Source of the DNA: Octopus vulgaris
Taxonomy: Eukaryota
Assembly (NCBI GenBank): GCA_951406725.2
Contig: OX597826.1
Coordinates: 57,350,001 to 57,414,000, forward strand
DNA length: 64,000 nt
Direction: 5' to 3'
The notes below the pieces were generated by a model. It had not been told where the DNA came from. It saw nothing but the letters and a program-made list of their open reading frames with translations, and ran no database searches. Position numbers and translations under genes: made by a program. Below, piece after piece: positions 1 through 14,135 of this stretch; the first letter of the stretch is position 1; each line of letters begins with the position of its first letter.

Positions 1-29
1 TTCTAATATGCATGATTGCACTTTACATG

Positions 30-350
30 CAGCTGTTTGCTGACTTGAATATCTATAAGGGATGCCACCTAGGCATCCCGCTCCACAAATTAAATAGTGT
101 AATAGGAAAAAAGTGGGTAGGGCAGTTAATCACAGAGCCTGACCCAGCAGAAGAAGTGCTTTGTGCTGTTCATTCTTGCCAAGACGTTGCCAATGCTGTC
201 ATGTCATGCAAGGCATGACCGAAATGAACAGAACCAGCATCATAACAATTATCTCCTCAATAATGCAATTACAGACAATTTCTGTCAATTTCCATGAGAA
301 TGTATGTAAAAAGCATAGCTAACTGCAAGGAGAACGTAATCATGTAGAGT
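30..350 (-). mobile_element. Possible highly decayed CR1/L2-type LINE 3' end
   Basis: Minus-strand translation gives LAVSYAFYIHSHGN* and FFPITLFNLWSGMP...IFKS, loosely matching the C-terminal FYRY.HG / FFP....WN.LP...FKS pattern of CR1/L2-clade ORF2. Stops and frameshifts are present. Confidence 0.25.
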
Positions 351-1504
351 TATAAAAGGCACACAGACAGCAAGACACAGATACACACACACACACACAC
401 ACACACACTCAGAACCAGTAAGAGGCACACCAGGAACATATGTATGACACAAGTTATATACCACCACAGTATATACAATGTACAGTATGGTAATGGTTTA
501 GAGTGATATGGAACCACAGCTGACTGGCTCAATATGCTGGTAGTAAACCAGCAGTCTTTATACACAGCATAGAGAGTACATATTCAACAATGGTAGGCAT
601 AAAGTGGTGTTAGAAATCATGAAATACTATCTTTAATATATGCATGTATGTATTTATGTGTGTGTGTGTGTGTATTACTAAGAGACGATTATGCAATCTT
701 AAATAACCTACAAAGACATTCTCTTCCTCTTGAAAATAAAATATATTCCAGAAAGTCAAGAATATGGAGCCAGTTGTCTTTATTATGTATCATGGAGTTC
801 AGAGTATAATGAACTAAGCAAACAGAAAGACACTGACATGAAACATCAGTTTGTTAGTTACACATTATCTGATTGAGATCAGTGTTTTTGTCAATAGAAA
901 ACAAAATTAAATTACAAAAACAACCATGTTGACTAGTAAAAAGAAAGTGAAAAAAATAAAAAAAAATAAAAAAAGAGGAAATAAAAGAATGTAAGCAGTT
1001 TAGGTTTTATTGTCAGTAACAACGAATGGGAGTTCAGAAACAGCAAAGCAAGAGAATGTTATTTATCACATGTCAATAAATAAGCAAACATACAAACTAT
1101 AACAATATTATTGTATGTAAACAAAGATAACTCACTGCTAAACAAAGATAACTCACTGGAGACTGGATAAGGAAATAAAATGATGTAGAATGTGAAAACA
1201 GGCAGACTGAGTTAGTTCAGTTGGTCCAGTTGTCATTGTTGACAACAGGTTAGAACTGTCATCAGAGAACAACATATATTTTATAACAGCAGTTAGATTA
1301 TTATCATCATGAGCTAAGACTAAGTGGAGAGCGTGTAACAGATTTATGGTATAATACTGGAATCTACTAGAAAAGTCAATATAAATATCTGAGGTTATTA
1401 ATGCTATATATTTTTTGATGCTGTTGAGTCTGTTTAGGTTCCAGTATACCCTGGTCGTATCTATCGTCGCATTTTTTTTCAGACAGTTAAGACTACATTA
1501 CTTG

Positions 1505-1618
1505 ATGTTAGGAAGGGCCTTCAGTCGTAGAAACTGTGCCAAAGCAGACAACTGGACCCTAGGCAGCTCCTGTCAAACTATCAAGCCCATGCCAGCATGG
1601 AAAACAGACGCTAAATGA
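1505..1618 (+). mobile_element. RTE-type retroposon 3' tail fragment
   Basis: Ends in CCCATGCCAGCATGGAAAACAGACGCTAAATGA, the same tail seen at 19961, 31107, 33086, 35376, 44499 and 57899. Confidence 0.6.
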
Positions 1619-1849
1619 ATAACCAATAAGCTCATATGCTTTGTTTTTAAGGCATTAGACTGCATGGTTTGAGGGAGATTTGTTTACTATTTCTAAAAGG
1701 ATGAGCAAAATTGTATGTAGACACCCCCATTACTGTAGTTAGTGTTGTGTAAACATTTCAATGATTACAGTGTCAAAAGATATATGCTTATAGTGTTGGC
1801 CTTCAATAGGTCATGATGTGTTAGAATAGTTATATAGTTTGACTACAAG

Positions 1850-3060
1850 TACCTTTACTGGTTTCAGTTAATCGGATTGGGCTGTACAAGAGTACCAACT
1901 TAAAGGTTTTAGTTGAATTAATGAGACCCAGTATTTTGTATGGCACTTATTTTATCAACCTCATAAAGGAAGAAAAGCAAAGTCATAAAAGGTATAAAGA
2001 AATGAAATACAAGGTATTTTTATCCAAAGCACAGATTGATTCCATATCTATGTACATAAATGTTAAGACAGGTTTTTGCAGTTTCCCTGTGGCAAACTAC
2101 ACTCATGAAGTTTGATCAACCCAAGACACTTGTCAGGATCCTGTACAGTGCGAATAAACTGAGAAACACATGGGTGTAAACTGACTTCTCTAAATAGACT
2201 GCCATTCCTAAGCCTATATAAAGCAAGATCGCCTTATAGATTGTTATTACATAACATGTCAAGTCTACAGATGCTCAGTTGAATCATTAATAGAGTATTG
2301 TTTATTACAATCAGGATTTCCCATATAGGCTAAAGGTCATGAATTTACAGAGAAACAGAGTTGATTGAACCATCACAAGTACTGCTATCGATTCTGAATG
2401 AATCAATGACAAAAGTGGTCTGAGGGAAGAAAATTTGAACTAGGAATATCACTGGATGAGACTAAATACCAAGAGGTATTCAGTCCAACACTACCATTTA
2501 ATCCAATCATTCAGTCCAACACTTGGCCATTCACTTCAGTACTACAATTCAATCCAAAATTCTTTGACTCAAAAACCTCAACAATAATAAGCACAAGACC
2601 AAAAGGGGGGGTGGGGTGGCAGATGATTACATTGATCCCAGTGCTTGATAACCATGTTCTTTTTTTTTTTTTATCAATCCTGAAATGATGAAAGGCAAAC
2701 TAACCCCTGGTGATTTGAATCAGAAGTGTAATAACCTAAGACTGTAAGGCATTTTTTAATGCTCTATTGATTCTGCCCACTCACCTACCAGTAACAGTAA
2801 TAATTACCAGTAACAACAATAATGATATTCTCCTGTTGTAACACAAGGTCACGGTAACAATGATCTCAAGCTATGACACAAGGCCAAAGGCGCATATTTG
2901 TATGAGAGGAGCAAAGTTGATTAAATTAATCCACAATACATGGCCAGTACTCATTCTATTGATTGAAAAACAAAGTGAAACCTAGTGGAGAGGGGGAGGT
3001 TTGGACTCAGAATTCATAACAGCAAATAGTTCATTCAGTGCAATTCACTATATTCTACAG
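1850..3060 (-). mobile_element. Cluster of decayed SINE copies (families A and B)
   Basis: Repeated reverse-strand remnants such as TTTATCAATCCTGAAATGATGAAAGGCAAA, ATTTGAACT and CCCAAGACACTTG match the younger copies at 7102 and 55790. Boundaries are approximate. Confidence 0.5.
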
Positions 3061-4049
3061 ATAAACTATTGTTAAATTCCAGAAAGGGGTGGGGAGAAAG
3101 AATCATGATATGGTAGCATAAGAAAATTGAAATCCCATATCACCAGTATAAAGGTTAAACAAAGATTTTCATGACAAATACTGGGGACCAGCCAATATGA
3201 GATCTTTCTGTTGAGAAAAGAGCTTATTCTCTTCAGCGTAAAATACATTTTTCAAACTAAAAAATGTATTATATAGAGTTTTAATTAACGTGAATGAGTA
3301 ATTACACACACAAGCATTTTACACACTGATGCATATATGTATACACACACACACACACACACACACACATATGCACATCTACACACTCAATCTGGAATAA
3401 CAACTTATGGTATTAATTAAAATGTCCTTTGAAACAAAATATAAAATTTAATAACATTAAACAGTAGTAGTTGTAGTAGTAGTAGTAGTAGTAGAATTTT
3501 AAAATAATTCAAACTTTTGACATTTTGTGCTTGTTAGATATTCAAATTTAGATTTGAAAATGAAAAGAAAAAGCACATGCATACATACACACAAAGCACA
3601 TATACACATATGTTCACATGCGCACATGCACGCAGGCACAAATAAAATGGATACAAAATAAGGAAAAACTGCAACAATAAAATCAAGATGGAGGAAGCCA
3701 GTGAAAATGTTATTATTCTGAATAAATCAATAATTCCTCAAAACCGAATGGTTTGATAATCAAATTACCAGCTTCTAATCTAAATATAAAATAGATTCTC
3801 ACTTTGGAACAAATGATACCATCATACCAAGTAAGAAATTATACTGGTATCAAACATCAAATATAACAAAATCCAAAATTAGACTTTTTTTTTTCCCTCC
3901 TCCTTCTCAGTAGCACTTCTTTTTTAAAAGAGAGAGCACACTCAGTTATCGTCATCCAAAGATAGCTATGTTGAAAATATTCATGTCTTAATCTGTGACT
4001 ACCATCAAAATGATGTATTTTTCACCAACCTGCATTGAGGGGATTTTGA

Positions 4050-4083
<34 letters not shown>

Positions 4084-4545
4084 CATTAATAATTATGATG
4101 ATGATGATGATGATGATGATGAAAAAAGAGGGAGAAAAATATACATGGTTTGGTCATAAAAGATAGCACATCAGCACACTTCATTGGTTTCAATTTGGAG
4201 TTACAAACTATTGAAATTTAATTTAATTATGTCAAAAAATGGCAGACTGTTCGTATGTCTCAACTGTTTAGTAAGTTGCATTGTTTTTGTTTTTCTTTTG
4301 TTTTTGCTTTGCTTTGTTGAAGTGTTGTTCAAGTTTTTTTTTTTGTTGTTGTTTTTTGTCTTTTTTTTTTCTTTCCATTGTTTTTGACATTCAGATATAG
4401 CGAGACATTTTCAAAGAAAGAAAAGAAAAGAAAAGAACGAAAGAACAAGCAGACTACCAAAAACAATAATGTAATGAAATGAAATTATGAATAGTAGGTT
4501 TAAGGTAGTAACAAAGAGTGTGCAATGTTACATAAGGTAACTACA

Positions 4546-5083
4546 TGTGTGTGTGTGTATGTGTGTGTGTGTGTGTGTGAGAAATGTGATTGTTGCTAAG
4601 GTGATAGTTATATGTTTGTATACATACATGTGTCGCAGTAAGTACGTATACAAATTTTGTGTGCTTATAGTGTGTGTGTGTGTGTGTGTGAGAAATGTGA
4701 TTGTTGCTAAGGTGATAGTTATATGCTTGTATACATACATGTGTCACAGTAAATACGTATACAAATTTTGTGTGCTTATAGTGTGTGTGTGTGTGTGTGT
4801 GAGAAGTGTGTGTGTGAGAAATGTGATTGTTGCTAAGGTGATAGTTATATGCTTGTATACATACATGTGTCACAGTACATACGTATACAAATTTTGTGTG
4901 CTTATAGTGTGTGTGTGTGTGTGTGTGTGTAAGTGTGTGTGTGTGTAAGTGTGTGTGTGTGTAAGTGTGTGTAAGTGTGTGTAAGTGTGTGTGTGAGAAA
5001 TGTGATTGTTGCTAAGGTGATAGTTATATATTTGTATACATACATGTGTCGCAGTACATACATATACAAATTTTGTTTGCTTA

Positions 5084-5139
<56 letters not shown>

Positions 5140-5280
5140 GTGTGTGTGTGTGTGTGAGAGAAATGTGATTGTTGCTAAGGTGATAGTTATATGCTTGTAT
5201 ACATACATGTGTCACAGTACATATGTATACAAATTTTATGTGCTTATAGTGTGTATGTGTGTGTGTGTGTGTATGTGTGT
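4546..5280. repeat. Tandem array: five ~92-bp cores separated by variable (GT)n tracts
   Basis: Core GAGAAATGTGATTGTTGCTAAGGTGATAG...CAAATTTTGTGTGCTTATAG starts at 4579, 4690, 4816, 4995 and 5158. Confidence 0.95.
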
Positions 5281-7101
5281 AACACTTTTACTATCAGTGA
5301 TTTGGTAGTTTGTGGATATGTATAATATGAGATAGAGAACATGTAATAATAAGATAGATATTGGTTGTGTAAGCAGGAGATATAGAGTAGAGCTTATCTG
5401 AGAGTACAAGGTGGGATACAGGATGTGTAGTGTAAAATAGAGAAGTGTGTGCGTGTGTGCTGTGTGTGTGTGTGTGTGTGTGTGTGGCAGTTCATGGGTG
5501 TGTGATGTGATGTTTACCATTGTTCTTTTCTGATATATATCTTACCATCTCTTTAATCTCAGTTACTTATAGTCCTCTGTCTTACTGATTTCATATAGAT
5601 TACATAATACAATATACTGTATTTGGACATTAGTAGCCATTCTAGCTATCAGCCAGCATCAAACTATATAGAAACCAGTATTCACCCATGTGTGTGTGTG
5701 TGTGTGTGTCCCTCTCACGTGAACCAAAGACTCCATGTACATTTAGACAGCATTGATCTGTGATATTTATGGAGGTGGAGGCTGCTCCTGTTAAGTGCCC
5801 CCAAGGTGAATCTATTGTGCATGTGTGCATGCATGCATGTGTGTGGAGTGGAGTGAAGGGTGGAAAAAATAGAACCAGTTGCCTGTCTAAGATATATAAA
5901 TGAGAGACATCCTTACTCTACAGAGGAAGACAAACAACATATTCCAATAGTTTTGTTATAGAAACAGTCTTTAAACATTCAGAGAATAGATGTCCACTTG
6001 TAGATGTTTAGTTCCTAGACATTCCAATCCAGCAGACCTTATGATCAAATGTACTCCAGCTGGAAAAAATAATCATTTAGTCTTTTTTTTTTATGGACAT
6101 AGTGAATCTATGATTATATAATTCAATGTAGCTTTTTGTGTTTTGGATAATAGGATGTGACTGAAGAAAGGTTTCACTGCTGTATGTAATACATAGAGTT
6201 GCGTTATCAGAGTTGGCTAATAAATAGTCACTCTATATACAATGAGGCACTATTTAATTGGAAATGAAAGCGAGAAAAAGGGAGGGGGTGAGAGAAAGAG
6301 AGAGAGGGGGAGAGAGAAAGAGAGTTAGGTAGGTAGGGAGAGGATCATCTTTTGCTTGATAATAAAATAAGTTTAGTTACTCTTTATAGAAACTGGTCAA
6401 CAGTAATTTTATTATGCTCAACATGTGATAGATATAAAATGGAAATCCTAAAGAATGCTTGCAATAGTAGATAAACACTACCAGTATTGATGTCAATAAA
6501 CCAAAGATTATGTCAGCTGACAGTAAATTATTTTTGCGTTTAAAACTCTACATTCTATATTTACAAAAATCATATTCACACATACTCATGTTACGTAAAC
6601 AAGCCAAACAATGTGACTACATTGTCACTTGGCTTGCTAGAAATACCAGCTAATTTACCCCAAATCACACAGTTATAAAGTAAGGGATGCAGAAGGCAAT
6701 AAAGTCACTGTCTGAAGTAAGATGGTAATAGGCGGAACACATTTCATCATAGCAATAAAATAAGTTTACAATGTTGTGCCATAAAGAATAGATACAAATG
6801 CTTTTCTAATGCACCAATGCAACATCTTTTCTGTTTATATTTTCCATCTGATTTATGTTGATAAAGAATATCGGTAGCCTACCAATTCTAGTGACTATGA
6901 TGGCTGCTTTGATTGTCAGAAGACGCTAGAAATAGCTGAAAAGAAAACAACAGATATCACTCTAGATCTTTGTTCAATGGATCATCAAAGACTAAAATCT
7001 TTATCACACAAACATAGGTTTGTTTTATATGTTTCATCTAGAACTATTATCAAATATGTTGAAAAGAAGGTAAAAAAACTATATAGATGCAAGCATGATG
7101 T

Positions 7102-7520
7102 GGAGCAGGAGTGGCTGTGTGGTAAGTAGCTTGTTTACCAGCCACATGGTTCCGGGTTCAGTCCCACTGCATGGCACCTTGGGCAAGTGTCTTCTACTAT
7201 AGCCTCGGGTCGACCAAAGCCTTGTGAGTGGATTTGGCAGACGGAAACTGAAAGAAACCCGTTGTATATACGTATATATGTATATATATATATATATATA
7301 TGCGTGTGTGTGTTTGTGTGTCTGTGTTTGTCCCCTTAGCATTGGTTGACAACCGATGCTGGTGTGTTTATGTCCCCATTACTTAGCGGTTCGGCAAAAG
7401 AGACCGATAGACTAAGTACTGGGCTTACAAAAGAATAAGTCCCGGGGTCGAGTTGCTCGATAAAAGGCGGTGCTCCAGCATGGCCGCAGTCAAATGACTG
7501 AAACAAGTAAAAGAGTAAAG
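7102..7520 (+). mobile_element. tRNA-derived SINE, family A, young copy
   Basis: A-box-like TGGCTGTGTGG, B-box-like GGTTCAGTCCC, CORE-like CACCTTGGGCAAGTGTCTT, internal (TA)/(TG) tract and tail GCATGGCCGCAGTCAAATGACTGAAACAAGTAAAAGAG. A highly similar inverted copy lies at 27343-27737. Confidence 0.9.
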
Positions 7521-7905
7521 AGTATGACTGTGTGGGAAGAAGTTTGCTTCTCAACCACAGGGTACTGGGTTCAGTCTCACTGCATGGCAACTTGGAGCTC
7601 TGAGCCAACTAAAACCTTGTGAATGGGTTTGGTAGATTGAAAGTGGAAGAAGTTCATCTCATGAGTGTGTATGTGAGTGTGTGTGTGTGTGAGTGTGTGT
7701 GCACATGTCTTTGTCTTTATATTTGCCCACTACTGGTGTTGGTTTGTTTATGTTCCCATAGCTTAGCAGTTCAGCCAAAGAGTCTAATAGTTTAAGTACC
7801 AAGCTTTAAAAAGTATACTCGAGTCAATTTGTGTTTGACTAGAATCCTTTAAGGCAATGCCCCACTATGGCTGCAATCCAATAATTGAAGCAAAAGATAA
7901 AAGAT
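7521..7905 (+). mobile_element. Older decayed SINE family A copy
   Basis: Colinear but diverged match to 7102-7520 (GGTTCAGTCTCACTGCATGGCA...AGCAGTTCAGCCAAAGAG...ATGGCTGCAATCCAATAATTGAAGCAAAAGATAAAAG). Confidence 0.8.
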
Positions 7906-8222
7906 ATAATTTGTAGTGTGATTCCTTTAGCATAAAAATATCTTATGTCTACTCCCTCACACACACATATCTCAAGAGATAACAGTTTATGATTAATGAA
8001 TATTCTTATTATATAGGAGTTAACTACCTCACATTTTGGCCACAGTTTCATTATACATACTCACCCATACATGTACATAACTTACTTCAATTGTATAATT
8101 AAAAATTACCAAAAACTCAATAAAATGCAAAAGTCGACTATCAGTATCATCAATGCACATGCAATGCAGTGCCAATCAATATATGTGCATGTGTGTGTGT
8201 TTGTGTGAGGAAGTGCATATGT

Positions 8223-8430
8223 AGTGTTGTTCAGATTAGATCCCAAGACACCCCTGATAAAATGGGCCTATAATCCAAGGGGTTCCAGCTGCTGATGTCC
8301 TTTATGTTTAGAAATGTTGAGAGTTACATGAGTATTTTCCTTATTTAAGACAAGAGAATGTGATCTGAGAGAGGTTTGGTTATTATTTCTAGCATGCATG
8401 TGGAGAGACTATGTAGAGAATCCCTCATTT
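8223..8430 (-). mobile_element. Dispersed ~200-bp repeat family X, representative copy
   Basis: Reverse complement of the motif GCTAGAAATAGCAGCCAAAT...CAAATCACA...GGGCTAAACAACA, found about 13 times in the window. Confidence 0.6.
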
Positions 8431-10753
8431 GTTTGTGAAGTGTGTGTGGAGAGAGAGAGAAAGAGAAAGAGTAGGGAGACAGGGAGTGAGAGAGAATAGG
8501 AGAGAGGGAGGGGGAGAGAGACTGCTTACCAACTACCAATGGATAAGAGTAAATTCAGAAGGTTTACCATTGTATCTTCCAGTTAGATTCAACAGCCTGA
8601 ATTCTTCTGTGACATGACAAGTGACTAACTACTCTATACCACAGATCCATTGGTTCTATCTAACTAAAACACCTGTTTATCATTCTGTCTGTCACCAAAT
8701 GATACATACTCAAAGACTGGCCTAATTGATCTTCAAGTACCAGATGCATGAGCTCTTTAAACTTAAAAGGACTAACGTAAATTGACAGAGATAGATTATG
8801 TAGCAATTGTCATGATAGTTTTAAAATTCTCCTCTATGCATGTTCTATTTAGAAGCAGTAAAGCAGGGATTTAGAAACAGGATGGAGAATCCTGATAATC
8901 CTGGTCTAACAATCAGTCATCAAACACCAATTCTAATTCTATCATGCCATTCTCAGAGTTGCAGTATACAGCAATTCAAGTTGATCCTAGGAGAAAATTC
9001 TCAAGGTACAGACCTAAGATATATATATGGTGCTTGTTAATTTCTGAATAAATGTGAAGTGAAGTAAACCTGCCAAAGTGGATACATGACAATTGGTGTT
9101 TGTATATTTATCTCAGTTAATTTAACTGACATTTGTCAGTGTTTACCAATCCTCTATTCATATGTATATGGGGCATAGAAAAATCCACAAGTCCACATGT
9201 GTCAGTATACATGAAAGAGGAAGCAGATAGCTAGTCATCAACAGAATATGTCATCTGCACTACTGCACTACATGAGCACTCAAAATCCATGTCACTTGGT
9301 GCAACATGGAAGCACTTACAACATATGTCAACTGATGCATAACATATGCACTCATTGACAATAGATTGGCACATTATTCACTGTATCTGCATTGAACACT
9401 GTATCTGCATTGAACAAAATTTCACAAATTTAATTAATTAATTCATTTTAAACATGTCCTCTTGGATGTCTTTTTTCAGGAAGTGAGGGGTGAAGGTCAG
9501 ATGAAAGACCACATACAATACCAACAACGATAATAATAATATTAGTAACAACAAAAAATACTTTTTAAATAAATAAATGATACTTAAATTAAAATAATTG
9601 AGAGAATAAACTTCAAACAGTATCTATATAGGTATGTATAAATTAGAAACTATAATAACAGCTATTTAATTGAATCGGAAAATTTATTTTATAGACAATA
9701 ACATATTTTAATTTTGCATTCCACCATTTTTCGAAAAAAGATATTATAAATTGTATCGATATGAATTTGTATATTTATAGTACATATATTCAACTAGTAT
9801 TAATAAATGAGAAGGAAAAAAGGTAAATGTAAAAATGTAATTATGAGATTGAAAATCAAAATAGTCATATTTGATTTCATATTTTATGGGTGCTCAGCTG
9901 GTAACTCCACTTAACTGTATATAGCTCGTTTGCTTAATTCATTAAGAAAACATATTAATATTGTAATAACTATTTTTGAAATAATGGACAATAGGTCGAT
10001 AAATTTATTTATTTATTTATTTATTTATTTATTCATTCAGTTTGTAAACATAAATAAAAACAATAATTATCACAATGGTAAGATATCAAACATCAGAGAA
10101 TTAACTTGCCCACAACCAACACATAATTATAATTTTCACAAATACAGAGAAGCCTATATTCAGACATCAAAAGTTTGTGCATATGAGTAAAAGAGAAAAA
10201 GAGAGGAAACCAGGAGAGAGAGAGGGGGGGGAGAGACAGATTGTATGTATCTGTATGCATATGTACACACATACAGATGTATAAATACATATACACAGAC
10301 ACACTCAGGCACACTCGCACACATATATATATATACATGCATGAGTGTATATATATATTTATTATGCATATATGTGTATGTATATAAATACAAAGTTATA
10401 TATTTATAAATATATGCACATAAATATGTGTATACACACATGTGCATAGCTATATATAAATGCATACATGCATATAAGCACACACGCACATATATAGTAT
10501 GTACACATACATAATTATACATAGACATGTATATACATATATATACACACAGATGCATGTACATAAATATTTATATACACAAAAGTGTATGTGTATATAT
10601 ATATATATATATAACAGAAAACAAACATAAATATGTATATATACATATAGACATAAACATATAATTATATACATCTAGACAAATATAAACACACACATGT
10701 ATTTCTATATACACATGCATGTGTGTATAAGTCTGTTTGACTGCATGCATGCA

Positions 10754-10786
<33 letters not shown>

Positions 10787-11585
10787 AGTGTATGTGTATA
10801 GTGTGTGAGAGTATGAGTACACATACACACACATAAATAGCTAATATGACTTTAATAGCACCTCATTATTTTTAGTGTCACATCATGCTAATTTCAGCTC
10901 AATAAAATCATAACATTCAATGGACAACAACAATATTCTGAAAAGCAGTTGCTTAATAAATAAACTTTGTAGTAATCTAATGAAAAACAATAATGAACAA
11001 TAACCATAATGTGTGTGTCTTGAAATGTCTTCTAATTTGACAGCTATACAAGATAAAAACCTTGTGCGCCTACCACTGACTGTATCAAATTATTATGCAT
11101 CACACAGTAGCAATTACGAAACAGAGGGAAAGAGAGAAAGCTTTTTACGCTGACAGTTGCTTCTCCTTTTGGTCACATAGATATCTTCCAGATGTCTTCA
11201 GGTGCACAATATTAAATGGTGTGGAACTAAAAATGAAATCAAGGAATGCTTGACAACTCTATCTTATTATCAGAGGGCCAATAATAAAATAATGATTCTG
11301 AAAGCTCAAATATAATATGAGAGAAAGCAAGAGCGTGTGGGGTCGGGGAGGGAGAGAGAGGGGGGATAGAGAGAGAGAAAGAGAGAACGAAAAGGAAAGA
11401 ATCTTAAAGGGAAAAAATGATGTACATTGGAAGTAAAGGAATGAAGTATGATAAAGTGTTATTCGAGACAATTATACGTATATATGCATGTATGTATATG
11501 TGTATGTATGTATGTCTGTATGTTATATTATACCTAAGCATAATGGAAGATACTGCTTAACACATGAATAATTTATTAATATTAT

Positions 11586-11838
<253 letters not shown>

Positions 11839-12759
11839 ATAATACACTCATTACATATATAAACATACATGTGTATGTAAAGCTGTGTGTGTGTGTATAT
11901 ATGTGCCTATACACATACACACACAAATAAAACACATACACATATGCATATATACCTGATGTGATTCATATTAGGTCTCTAAATTATATTTTGTTATCCT
12001 TATTAATATTAAACTTAGCAGAGATTGTTGGGGAGAGATTTCTTCGATTCAGTAATTTTCTCTGTTCACATTAGTTTACTGATAGATTGAAATCCCAAGA
12101 CACTAAATGACTTTACGAAATTAACACACACACACGAAACCATTTCTAGAGATTCTGACATAAAGGGAAATATTACCGTGTATGGTAACGCTTATCATAT
12201 ATCTTCTTCAAAAACGCTTAACTGTCAGTTACTTATATAGAAAGGCTCTCTGGGAAAGGGATTAACCCATAGCCTAGGATGCATTCACTTTTCTTACACA
12301 AGCATATCTTGATTGCTAAGCTGTTTCAGAAGTTTGTATTTTGTATTATAAATTTCCCAGGAGAAGTATAATCCCGGTGTGTGTGAATTGAAAGAAATCA
12401 GGTGGTAGTTTTAATAATTTCTCTTCCATTTTTAATTACTTGCTGAAAATTGAAAATTTAAATAGAGAGAAAAACAACAACACATACAAGTAAAAACACA
12501 ACAGAATTGCTATACTTTCATTTATTCAATGATTTAATTACCAATGCCTTTTGAAGATTCTTAATGGATTTTACTTAACCTTTACATTTCAAACCATTCT
12601 CTCAAGACACCAATTTGCTGGTAATTTTGATTAAATATTTCAGCTAATCAGTCAATCAGAAATGCCAGACTGTTTGAACTTCAGTGTTAAGATAACTATT
12701 TAAGGTTTGTTTTATTCCTTTAATATCTATTTTATTTTTTGTTCTTGAAGAATAATTCA

Positions 12760-13255
12760 AATGATGCAAGATTAGCTTCACACACGTAGGTAGGAGTGGC
12801 ATGCTTGAAGCAAGTTGTCAGATGTAGATTAGTTATTGCATAGATAGCATTTTACTAAGTAACAAAAGTTTAAATACTTAAGCAGAGGTAGACTTACTCC
12901 AAACAGAAAGAAGAATAAGCTTAACAGGCGTCCGTTCTTTATTTATTGGTTTTTATACTCAAAGTCAAATTAAGCACCTGCTGATTATGAAAGGTTACCG
13001 GCAGATATATGCAAAAGAGACAAGACTGACATGAAGAAGCAGTGTGAAGAGATATTGTGAAGTAGCTATGTAAAGTGGCATTAGTTATTAATGGAAGGTA
13101 GCTAAGGAAGTGGCAGATCAAAGAAAATAGTGGAAGTTGGTTGATCAGACCTTTAAACAGAGGGCATCACAAAGGGTCAATGAACAAGGTGACATGCTGG
13201 AATGCAGACCTGTTGAATCTAATCCAATAAGGAAAATGGACATTATGATGATGGT
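12760..13255 (+). mobile_element. Decayed RTE LINE C-terminal/3' region
   Basis: Fragments translate to GVACLKQVVRCR, LLSNKSLN and GSGRSKK, and the region ends in a degenerate GGAAAATGGACATTATGATGATG tail. Confidence 0.4.
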
Positions 13256-13430
13256 GAGGAAGAAGACAATATTAGCATTAGGCAGATAGTAATGATGGCA
13301 TAACAATGACGATGATAACTGCAATGACTCAATGTCAATGATGATGTTGATAATAATAATGTTATCATGATAATGACCACAGCAATGTCAAGGATGGTGA
13401 TGAGGGGAGAGGGAAGAAGAGGAAAAGCAG

Positions 13431-13516
13431 GAGGAGGAGGCAGATGAGGGGGGAGGCAGATGAGGGGGAGAAGGAGGCAGATGAGGGGAGGAGGAGGCAG
13501 AAGCGGGGGAGGAGGA
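13431..13516 (+). repeat. G-rich minisatellite (GGAGGCAGATGAGGGG)x3-4
   Basis: Read directly; four runs of 4-6 G. Confidence 0.8.
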
Positions 13517-13974
13517 GAATGGTAGTGACAGTGATGACAATGATAACAAGAGTGTTTCTAAAATGAAAGGCACATTTTGAGTATAAAAACCAGAAATGAT
13601 GTTTTTACAGAATGTGAGTGAAAAAGAGAATGAGAAATAGGTTGGTAATTGAGATAACACGAACAACACTTTAAATGGTGCCAGGCTGGAAATTAAAAGT
13701 TTCTGAAGAAACACTGCACAGCTTGATATAATCCAATAACCTCACCTGGTGACCAGAAATTATGGAATTATGGCATGATATAAGAAACATATATAGATTA
13801 TTTTAGTTAAAGGATCATATATTGATTATTTTGGTTAAAGGATCAATTTGGTTAATAGGATCAATTACTCTAGCGGACTATCGGCTCAAAGATGGCCAAA
13901 CAGTCTCAATTGTCTGCCAAAAAGAGAATTGAACAATGTGACATGGCTAGCTACCAATCTCAACACTATCACCT

Positions 13975-14135
13975 GATCTGCTAGAAATAGCATTCAAACT
14001 CCCCACAAAGCTCAAAACTCTTCAAAAAGGGAAGGATATATTGGGTAATGTGGTCTGAGAAAAATATAAGATAAAACACGTCTTTGATGAAATGTCTCCT
14101 GGATCAAGGCTGACATAGCACTAAACAATAACACC
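13975..14135 (+). mobile_element. Dispersed repeat family X copy
   Basis: CTGCTAGAAATAGCA...GGGAAGGATATATTGGGTAATGTGGTC...GGATCAAGGCTGACATAGCACTAAACAATAAC. Confidence 0.6.

Noticed and set aside
1118-1158. Short local duplications (also 9379-9414, 13796-13866, 37017-37048, 56367-56397)
   Set aside because: Real but ordinary slippage duplications with no further structure.
4528-5520. ORFs rich in CV/HT repeats
   Set aside because: Translations of (GT)n arrays; the same applies to the YI/HT/LS ORFs throughout the window.
12137-12215. Hammerhead-like motif on the minus strand (TTGAAGA-AGAT...ATCT-CTAGAAA)
   Set aside because: Core and stems need too many mismatches to call by eye; possibly a decayed repeat.
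12575-12690. Second TTAA-flanked MITE
   Set aside because: TTAA occurs on both sides but the termini match poorly as inverted repeats.
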